From the IMG/VR virus record IMGVR_UViG_3300029926_000039: a stretch of DNA of 6,570 nt. One strand, given 5' to 3'. This stretch comes from a virus. The position numbers and the translations under genes are program-made. Numbering within the stretch: position 1 is the first letter of the stretch; each line of letters starts with the position of its first letter. The notes below the pieces were generated by a model. That model saw only the letters and a program-made list of their open reading frames with translations. It was not told where the DNA came from and made no database searches. Positions 1 to 5,123 of this stretch are shown piece after piece.

Positions 1-69
1 TACAGCACAATTGATGCTGCATATAGTGCAATAATATCTATCGGTTTCAAAGACCAAGGACTGAAGCTT
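1..69. repeat. Left copy of the 69-bp terminal redundancy (identical to 6502-6570)
   Basis: Base-by-base comparison: tacagcacaattgatgctgcatatagtgcaataatatctatcggtttcaaagaccaaggactgaagctt occurs at both ends. Confidence 0.97.
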
Positions 70-87
70 TCACATTTCGAAAAATGA
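1..87 (+). CDS. 3' end (28 codons plus TGA) of the 80-aa wrap-around hypothetical protein that starts at 6346
   Basis: Frame 1 reads YSTIDAAYSAIISIGFKDQGLKLSHFEK then TGA at 85-87. This is in phase with the ORF opening at 6346 once the 69-bp repeat is collapsed. Confidence 0.6.
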   Translation, partial: YSTIDAAYSAIISIGFKDQGLKLSHFEK

Positions 88-165
88 ATAGTTACTATCG
101 ATTTAACGAATAGAATTATTTATATTATTATCAATATAGAACTTTAACTACTTTGAGGAATTTTT

Positions 166-294
166 ATGAAAGAACGATTAGAGTTAATAAAACGCTTACA
201 AGAGTATCGAGACAAATTCTTTATGGGCAATAGCTCCGCTCATCACATCGACTTACTTATTCAGGATTTGAAAGCCGAAGAAGATGAAGACTAA
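166..294 (+). CDS. 42-aa hypothetical protein MKERLELIKRLQEYRDKFFMGNSSAHHIDLLIQDLKAEEDED, not in the ORF track
   Basis: ATG at 166 is preceded by TGAGGAA (154-160) at good spacing. The product is predicted helical and charged with an acidic tail. It is on the same strand as the phage genes. Confidence 0.45.
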   Translation: MKERLELIKRLQEYRDKFFMGNSSAHHIDLLIQDLKAEEDED

Positions 295-405
295 CATCCC
301 TTACTGATTAGCCGCCTTTAAAAAACCTAGTTTGACGAATATAAAGGGATCGATGCGAGATAATCCCGTTCGTTCCGGCGAACATGAAGTGAACGCTTTT
401 CAACC

Positions 406-428
406 CAACTTGATAAACATTGTTATCA
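406..428 (+). promoter_or_regulatory. Candidate plus-strand origin (dso) nick region: CAACTTGATA with adjacent TGATAA/TTATCA inverted repeat
   Basis: CAACTTGATA (406-415) contains the CTTGATA core that I recall as the nick consensus of pC194-family plasmids and of the phiX174 origin (CAACTTG/ATA). TGATAA (411-416) pairs with TTATCA (423-428). It is on the same strand as the genes, lies in non-coding DNA, and matches the Rep type encoded here. Confidence 0.45.
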
Positions 429-552
429 CGGTTACATTAATACTGCGGCGAATTTGTTTTAACTAGATCTTTGTTGATCGTCGCTAAGAATATTTGAAAA
501 TTAACTTCGGTAGAGCGTTATTCGCAGTTCGTTTTGATTTTCATGGTTCGAA

Positions 553-612
553 AACAAAAAAGCTCCAAAGTGTTTCCGCACTTTAGAGCTTCCGATCAGA
601 GATCTTTTTGTT
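553..612. other. Compound inverted-repeat element (predicted three-way junction); alternative readings are an intrinsic terminator, a packaging signal or a complementary-strand origin
   Basis: The outer stem AACAAAAA (553-560) pairs perfectly with TTTTTGTT (605-612). The inner hairpin AGCTCCAAAGTG (561-572) pairs with CACTTTAGAGCT (579-590) at 11 of 12 bp with a 6-nt loop. A second mini-hairpin is GATC-AGA-GATC (594-604). On the - strand the main hairpin is followed directly by TTTTTTGTTTT. Confidence 0.5.
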
Positions 613-713
613 GCACCACCCGTTGAGATAGTACTAATGAGAATATTAGCACACCACGATCTTATTTCTATAGCTTCCTGCTATTTTTTTGATTCATTTG
701 TATCCAATCTTTG

Positions 714-767
714 TTTTCACATATCGAACCTGTTCGCGGTACGCGAATCAGGTCGTATATGTGAAAA
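714..767. promoter_or_regulatory. 54-nt imperfect hairpin / long inverted repeat just upstream of rep
   Basis: Pairing 714-724 with 757-767 gives 11 bp, 725-726 with 754-755 gives 2 bp, 728-732 with 749-753 gives 5 bp, and 733-738 with 742-747 gives 6 bp. The loop is GTA (739-741) and there are three single-nt bulges (A727, T748, T756). Total is about 24 bp. Confidence 0.6.
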
Positions 768-851
768 TCACCTCGGTATTAATACGAAATATGCCGCCAC
801 GCTAGTTAGAGTAGGTCTGTGGAAAATTCGTTTGTTTTTGGGGGCTTATAA

Positions 852-2108
852 ATGAGCACTCAGAATCAATCAATTGATCCTTATCTTGTTGGTCTTGATA
901 AAGAGACCGGTGAACTCAAGTTTTTTGATCTTCAAGATGACGGAAAGCTAACTGAGCACTATTCTCGTGCGCAAGCTGTTGCTCGTAAGTACATGATGTT
1001 ATCTGCTGTTCGAGAGATGCTGCCTGTTAAGCTTGAGTTGCCATCCGGTAAATTGATCAAACCTCGTACAAGATTCTGCTTAAGAGGCGTTGCTACGACG
1101 GCATCATCAAATCCGAATGAGCACGTATCTATATATAAGTCGAAAGAATTTAATACAGCATCTTATAAAAATTTAATGTTATGTGGTGCGGGTCATGCTT
1201 GCCCTGTTTGCAGATCAAAGATTTCTGCTCGCAGAGCTGAGGAAATAAAAGAGTATATAGTCAAACATGAAGACGCTGGTCACAAATGCCAAATGCTTAC
1301 TTTTACATTTTCTCACACTAAAGATGATGATCTATACACTATAGTTAAGCGTCTGAAATCTGCATACCGTGGTTTTAAAGAATTGCGAGCTGTAAAAAAT
1401 GTTAGAAAGTTAATTGGTGAATTTGAATTTGGTTCTGTTTCATCTTTTGAAGCAACTCATAGTTTCGCTAACGGTTGGCACCCACATCTGCATTGTCTTT
1501 GGTTTGTAAAAAACGGCACTAACAAAGAGGCTGTACATGAAGCTTTAGCTACGCTTTGGTGTGACTATGCAGAGAAAAAAGGCTTGGGTCGTCCGTCAGA
1601 AAAACGCGGTTTAGATGTTCGTGATGCTGACGATATAGCAGCTGATTACATTTTGAAAATAGGTTCTGATTGGGACGCATCAAAAGAAATTACTAATTAT
1701 GCGAGCAAAAAAGCAAAGGGAGATTCACGAAATCCGTTTCAATTAATAACAAGTTTCATGGATGATGATGATCAATCTGCAAAAATGCTTTTTATTGAAT
1801 ATGTTGCAGCGACTCACGGAATTCATATTATAGATGTAACAACGAAATTGAAAAAAAATTATGGTACAAAAGATTCAGATAAAACTGACGAAGAACTTGC
1901 TGAAGAGTCTACAGATAAAGCTGATTTACTTGGTTACTTGACTCGTGAACAATGGAAGATTGTTGTTTTGAACTCATCTAGAAAATTCGACGCTCGCGCT
2001 TTAGTTTTATTGATTGCTGAACGTGAATTTTCTAGAGTGAATTATTTTATTGAAGGTTTACGAAAACGTTCTGTTAAGTATGAACAATATCAAGATTTGC
2101 CTGCTTGA
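852..2108 (+). CDS. rep: Rolling-circle replication initiator, HUH endonuclease of the pC194/pUB110 (Rep_1-like) type
   Basis: 418-aa ORF with GGGGG 7 nt upstream of the ATG. RCR motif 1 is MLTFTFS (1293-1313). The HUH motif is WHPHLHCLWF (HPHLH at 1479-1493). EITNY (E279-x3-Y283, 1686-1700) matches the Glu-x3-Tyr catalytic arrangement described for pC194 RepA. An upstream Cys cluster CGAGHACPVC lies at 1182-1211. Confidence 0.8.
   Translation: MSTQNQSIDPYLVGLDKETGELKFFDLQDDGKLTEHYSRAQAVARKYMMLSAVREMLPVKLELPSGKLIKPRTRFCLRGVATTASSNPNEHVSIYKSKEFNTASYKNLMLCGAGHACPVCRSKISARRAEEIKEYIVKHEDAGHKCQMLTFTFSHTKDDDLYTIVKRLKSAYRGFKELRAVKNVRKLIGEFEFGSVSSFEATHSFANGWHPHLHCLWFVKNGTNKEAVHEALATLWCDYAEKKGLGRPSEKRGLDVRDADDIAADYILKIGSDWDASKEITNYASKKAKGDSRNPFQLITSFMDDDDQSAKMLFIEYVAATHGIHIIDVTTKLKKNYGTKDSDKTDEELAEESTDKADLLGYLTREQWKIVVLNSSRKFDARALVLLIAEREFSRVNYFIEGLRKRSVKYEQYQDLPA
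880..908 (+). promoter_or_regulatory. Alternative candidate nick site inside the rep 5' end: CTTATCTTG followed by CTTGATA in a hairpin loop
   Basis: CTTATCTTG (880-888) resembles the conserved CTTATCTTGATA of pC194-family origins as I recall it. GGTCT (891-895) pairs with AGACC (904-908) and leaves TGATAAAG (896-903) as the loop, so the TG/AT step would be single-stranded. Confidence 0.3.
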
Positions 2109-2251
2109 TTTTCTTCTCTGAACTCTCGTGTTTTAATTATATGAATTATTTCATCTGCGTTAATACCGAGAGTTTCGCCTAATTTTTCAAGCTTCTCAAT
2201 TTCAGTTTTTAACGTTGTTTTGTAATCTTCCTTTTCTTTTACTTGTATCAT
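2090..2251 (-). CDS. 53-aa hypothetical protein MIQVKEKEDYKTTLKTEIEKLEKLGETLGINADEIIHIIKTREFREENQAGKS, not in the ORF track
   Basis: Translated by hand from the - strand. The ATG is at 2251-2249, with GGAG 9 nt upstream (GGAGTATGGCTAAATG). The TGA is at 2092-2090. It overlaps the rep stop region by 19 nt in convergent orientation. Confidence 0.4.
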   Translation of the reverse strand: MIQVKEKEDYKTTLKTEIEKLEKLGETLGINADEIIHIIKTREFREENQAGKS

Positions 2252-2287
2252 TTAGCCATACTCCATTTACTTATGTGTACTAGATTA

Positions 2288-2309
2288 ACATCTATATGAC
2301 ACATCTATA
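2288..2309. repeat. Tandem direct repeat ACATCTATA (2288-2296 and 2301-2309, period 13) between the two - strand genes
   Basis: Two exact 9-mers. The second one overlaps a perfect + strand TATAAT hexamer (2306-2311). Confidence 0.6.
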
Positions 2310-2361
2310 ATGAAAAAGTATTACTAATATTTAGCGTTAGTAAGTGCATTGATCTGCGTAT

Positions 2362-2571
2362 TTAGTCGATATCTAAACCATATTTTTTTGTAAGCCTTTC
2401 GGCTTCTTTTTCTAAGTACTCGTTAATTATATTCGAGACCGGTACTATCTTACCTTTTTCATTAGTTCGTTTGATAGCCAACTTTTCCCATTTTTCATAG
2501 GTAGTCTCTTTTATCCTAATTGTTGCCATTTTTGCAGGTCCTGAATTTTTTAAAATTAAAACGTTGTTCAT
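2362..2571 (-). CDS. Ribbon-helix-helix (Arc/CopG/MetJ-like) transcriptional regulator; the true start is probably Met15 (2529), giving 55 aa
   Basis: MATIRIKETTYEKWEKLAIKR...VPVSNIINEYLEKEAERL fits the RHH pattern of an N-terminal beta-strand with alternating residues followed by helix A, a loop and helix B. AGGA lies 9 nt upstream of the internal ATG at 2529-2527. The gene is on the strand opposite all other phage genes. Confidence 0.65.
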   Translation of the reverse strand: MNNVLILKNSGPAKMATIRIKETTYEKWEKLAIKRTNEKGKIVPVSNIINEYLEKEAERLTKKYGLDID

Positions 2572-2691
2572 TATTGCATTTAACCTCTAATTATGATAGC
2601 AGTGATTCCTAACTATGTTCGTTGTGACAATGTTGCAATATTTTAATTATCTTGTAAACTGAGAAAAGTTAATCAATGAGAGGATTTAATT
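2572..2691. promoter_or_regulatory. Divergent control region between the RHH regulator gene and the structural/assembly operon
   Basis: A possible + strand promoter is TTGCAA (2633-2638), 16 nt, then TAAACT (2655-2660). GAGAGGA (2678-2684) is the SD for the ORF at 2692. Small palindromes are TTGTGACAA (2622-2630) and TTGCAATATT (2633-2642). No - strand promoter could be pinned down. Confidence 0.35.
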
Positions 2692-2982
2692 ATGCAAGTA
2701 CAAATGACCGGAACGCTTTTAGGAACTAAAAAAGTAGATTTTGAAAATTGGCAGCATGTAAATTTATATATTTTGGTTTCAGTTAAAAATGGTGACGGAC
2801 AACAGTCACAAAAATTCAAGTTTCAAAAAGCATTTTCTGAATATGAAAAGTACGTAACTATGATCGGTCAAACTATTGAAATTGAGGGAGAGCTAGAAAG
2901 TAACGACAAAGGTGACCAGACTATAGCAGTTACTTCTATAGTTCCGATTGCAGGAAACATTAAGAAATTAGCAAAAGCGTAA
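2692..2982 (+). CDS. 96-aa putative ssDNA-binding protein (gene V analogue by size and position)
   Basis: It has a strong SD and is the first gene of the tightly packed + strand operon. The product is small, soluble and looks beta-rich. Function is assigned by synteny only; I see no recognisable motif. Confidence 0.5.
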   Translation: MQVQMTGTLLGTKKVDFENWQHVNLYILVSVKNGDGQQSQKFKFQKAFSEYEKYVTMIGQTIEIEGELESNDKGDQTIAVTSIVPIAGNIKKLAKA

Positions 2983-3212
2983 TGCCATTGATTATGCTTT
3001 GCGACGGTGTCGTATCTGAAAACCTAGATGCTTCCCCGGCTTGTTCGGAAAGTTGGACAGTTACAGATTACGTAATTGTTCAACCCTTCGATATTGCTTC
3101 TCTAGACCCTTTGGTTTTAGCAGAAGCTTTTGGTGCTGGCTGGATGATAATAGCTATGTATTGGTCTGTTACGTACGGTTATCACTTAATTTTAAACTTC
3201 ATAAAAAGGTAA
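2982..3212 (+). CDS. 76-aa membrane protein, candidate minor virion or assembly protein
   Basis: The ATG overlaps the previous stop (TAATG). The N-terminal half is acidic and there is a single C-terminal TM segment GAGWMIIAMYWSVTYGYHLIL followed by basic NFIKR. Confidence 0.55.
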   Translation: MPLIMLCDGVVSENLDASPACSESWTVTDYVIVQPFDIASLDPLVLAEAFGAGWMIIAMYWSVTYGYHLILNFIKR

Positions 3213-3217
3213 TTAGT

Positions 3218-3355
3218 ATGGATTATACAACTCTTATAGCTGCTGTAGATTTTGCAACTGTTCAAACTGCAATTCTTGGTGTCTCAGTAGCGTTGGCAGG
3301 ATTGTTTATAAGTACCCGTGGTGCACGAATAGTGCTTGGTTTCATGAAACGATAA
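3218..3355 (+). CDS. 45-aa major coat protein candidate (Pf3-like, no signal peptide): MDYTTLIAAVDFATVQTAILGVSVALAGLFISTRGARIVLGFMKR
   Basis: This is an in-frame internal start of the tracked ORF 3041-3355, with AAGGT 8 nt upstream. The protein has an acidic N-terminus, a roughly 20-aa hydrophobic core and a basic C-terminus (R,R,K,R) suited to contacting DNA. This is the classic inovirus coat layout. Confidence 0.7.
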   Translation: MDYTTLIAAVDFATVQTAILGVSVALAGLFISTRGARIVLGFMKR

Positions 3356-3445
3356 AGGAGTTTAGGGATTAAGGGGACGCCTTTATTTCCTAAAAAAATT
3401 AATGACAGATTTATATTATTTTACATTTTTCGTTATAGGCATAAT

Positions 3446-4831
3446 ATGCGCTCAATCAACCTTTTCTCGGTTTTGATTTTATTTTTTAATTCTTATTCTT
3501 ATTCTACTACTGAATATAAAGCTACGACAACGTATGGCAGTGTACAACACGACACAGGGTGGCTTTGCACTAGTGCTGAACATGCATGTAATACACTTTA
3601 TAGATTGTGGGTTCCTTCTGAATTTTCAGATCAATATAGAAGTCGCGGGGCTTATGCTGGCTCTACATCTTGCGCCTATCAATCTGCTCAATCTATAAAT
3701 TCCAATGGTGATATAAATTGGGGGCTAGTTTCAATCAGAGGAAATTACGAAACTCGTAATACTATGTCTTGTGATGCTGATGAAACTATAGAAGATGAAT
3801 GCCCACACCCTTATTATAAATATGAAGATGCTGACGGTATTGATGTTTGTACTAGTCCTTGCGAATATTTTAGGTTTCAAAATCCTAATGAAACTCATTT
3901 AACATCTTTTTATCCAGATAGTTTTTTGGCTTTATACGGTGAAACACAACCCTTAGATTATGTTTGTGATTACTTAATTGATGGTGTTGCATGTGAATTT
4001 GTTAGAGATCTCTATACGCACATAGATGTACCTGAACCTGGTTTTCTTACAGATTACAATTTAACAGGAAATGAATGTCAAGTAGGAGAATGGGGTGATG
4101 ACAATCCTGCTGCAAACCCAGATCCAGGAGATGTAGAGGGTGGCTGTACTGTTGTTTGTTTTGGTAATTGTTCTGATATATGCGCTGAGGTTGATGGTGA
4201 TGGTGTTTTAGATGATTTCGATGGTTTAAGCGATCCGGATCATGACTCTATACAAGAAGATCCTGATATTCCGATAATTTGTTATTACATACCGACTGCT
4301 CCCGGATGCCCTGGGACTAGCACAGATCCGAATGGAGATACGGGAGATGGAGGTGATGGAACAGGTGATGATTCGGGTGATGGGTCCGGGGATACTGGAA
4401 CAGGCGACGGCGGAACTGGTGATACTGGAACAGGAACTGGCTCTGGTGATGGTGGAACAGGAACTGGCACTAGCGGAACAGGAACTGGCTCTGGTGATGG
4501 TGACGGAGGAAGTGGTACTGATATCGGAGATATTGATTTTGGTAACCAGGCTTTTAGCTCGCCTGGTATTTTTGCAGGCTCAACTATTACAGAGTCAAAT
4601 ACATTATTCTTCGAAAGACTTTCACAAAGTCCTATTTATTTGATGTCTAGTGCTGCCAGTGTTGCTTGGCCCTCAGGCGGCACATGTCCTACCTTCGAAA
4701 TGAATGTTTTTGGCTCTACAGTTTCAAGTGACCTACATTGTCAGTTAAATAATTCTGTTTCTGGAATTCTAGCGTCTGTAATGAGTGCTGTTTGGGTTTT
4801 GTTAGGAATTACTATAATACTTAGGGCATAA
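3446..4831 (+). CDS. pIII-like minor coat / host-adsorption protein
   Basis: Signal peptide MRSINLFSVLILFFNSYSYS. The N-terminal domains are Cys-rich. An Asp-rich DGDGVLDDFDGLSDPDHD motif lies at 4193-4246. A long Gly/Asp/Thr/Ser linker follows. The C-terminal domain carries a Cys pair and ends in the hydrophobic anchor ILASVMSAVWVLLGITIIL-RA. Confidence 0.8.
   Translation: MRSINLFSVLILFFNSYSYSTTEYKATTTYGSVQHDTGWLCTSAEHACNTLYRLWVPSEFSDQYRSRGAYAGSTSCAYQSAQSINSNGDINWGLVSIRGNYETRNTMSCDADETIEDECPHPYYKYEDADGIDVCTSPCEYFRFQNPNETHLTSFYPDSFLALYGETQPLDYVCDYLIDGVACEFVRDLYTHIDVPEPGFLTDYNLTGNECQVGEWGDDNPAANPDPGDVEGGCTVVCFGNCSDICAEVDGDGVLDDFDGLSDPDHDSIQEDPDIPIICYYIPTAPGCPGTSTDPNGDTGDGGDGTGDDSGDGSGDTGTGDGGTGDTGTGTGSGDGGTGTGTSGTGTGSGDGDGGSGTDIGDIDFGNQAFSSPGIFAGSTITESNTLFFERLSQSPIYLMSSAASVAWPSGGTCPTFEMNVFGSTVSSDLHCQLNNSVSGILASVMSAVWVLLGITIILRA
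4321..4515 (+). repeat. Low-complexity GGx/GAT/ACT coding repeats that encode the Gly-Asp-Thr linker of the pIII-like protein
   Basis: The exact 28-mer ggaacaggaactggctctggtgatggtg occurs at 4427-4454 and 4475-4502. gatactggaacagg occurs at 4391 and 4421. Confidence 0.85.
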
Positions 4832-4834
4832 AAT

Positions 4835-5122
4835 ATGCTAGATTTTATTGTTAATGCTATTTCTTCTTTAGCAAATTGGCTTAAGGATCTTCTTGAAAGC
4901 TTTTTTCTTTATTGCTACCAGCTTTTATTAGCTGGTCTTTCTAATTTGATGGATTTTATACCGGTTCCAGACTGGGCTTTAAATCTTCCGCAGTTATTAA
5001 TACAAATACCCTCTTCTGTAGTCTATTTTGCTAATATGTTTGATATTGGTTTTGGTATGTCTATAGTTTTTTCAGCTCTTGGTATTAGATTTTTAATTCG
5101 AAGATTACCTTTTATAGGCTAA
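4835..5122 (+). CDS. 95-aa pVI/Ace-like integral membrane minor coat protein
   Basis: It sits between the pIII-like and Zot-like genes. Its size is similar to Ff pVI and CTXphi Ace. It has several hydrophobic segments and a basic tail FLIRRLPFIG. Confidence 0.65.
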   Translation: MLDFIVNAISSLANWLKDLLESFFLYCYQLLLAGLSNLMDFIPVPDWALNLPQLLIQIPSSVVYFANMFDIGFGMSIVFSALGIRFLIRRLPFIG

Positions 5123-5123
5123 T

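Noticed and set aside
88-165. AT-only inverted repeat TATATT/AATATA (121-138) and GAATAG direct repeat (87-92, 110-115) upstream of the 42-aa ORF
   Set aside because: These are short AT-rich matches expected by chance in roughly 30 percent GC spacer DNA. They may contain a promoter but nothing is specifically supported.
615-650. dif-like / XerCD attP candidates (for example ATAGTACTAAT-GAGAAT-ATTAGCACACC here, GTTACATTAATACTGCGGCG at 430-450, TTATGTTAGCC at 5686-5696, ATTTAAC at 2579-2585)
   Set aside because: Aligned by eye to the 28-nt dif consensus, each matches only about 5-8 of 11 positions per arm, and the normally conserved XerD arm is poor. This is no better than chance in AT-rich DNA.
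637-855. Tracked 72-aa + strand ORF that ends in an ATGA overlap with the rep start
   Set aside because: It has no convincing SD. Its composition is odd (Cys/His/Phe-rich). It spans the 54-nt hairpin at 714-767 and other structured non-coding DNA, and it lacks the third-position T bias of the real genes. It is most likely a chance ORF in the origin/regulatory region. The ATGA overlap keeps a small residual possibility of a leader peptide.
2090-2571. Reading the RHH gene plus downstream 53-aa ORF as a toxin-antitoxin pair
   Set aside because: The two ORFs are separated by about 110 nt rather than being coupled. The downstream product is smaller than known RHH-partnered toxins (RelE/ParE/CcdB-like) and is K/E-rich and helical. 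A regulatory role fits better.
368-2623. Recurrent GTTCGTT heptamer (368-374, 527-533, 2617-2623) and other GTTCG copies as possible iterons
   Set aside because: The copies are few, short and irregularly spaced, with no shared flanks. I cannot separate this from chance without a statistical test.
3041-3217. N-terminal extension of tracked ORF 3041-3355 (the 104-aa version)
   Set aside because: The extension overlaps the 76-aa ORF in another frame and has a Cys/Arg/Phe-rich, non-protein-like sequence. The internal ATG at 3218 has a good SD and yields a textbook 45-aa coat protein.
3371-3390. Possible intrinsic terminator after the major coat gene (AAGG-GGACG-CCTT followed by TATTT)
   Set aside because: The stem is only 4 bp and the T-tract is interrupted, which is too weak to call. 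An attenuating terminator after the coat gene would be expected by analogy with Ff, so this may merit a computational fold.
4285-4470. Tracked 61-aa - strand ORF (Pro/Val/Ser repeats)
   Set aside because: This is the antisense reading of the GGT/GAT/ACT linker repeats of the pIII-like gene. It is a low-complexity artefact.
4332-4643. Tracked 103-aa + strand ORF in an alternative frame
   Set aside because: This is a frame-shifted reading of the same repetitive linker DNA (repeated EQELALV units), lying wholly inside the well-supported pIII-like CDS.
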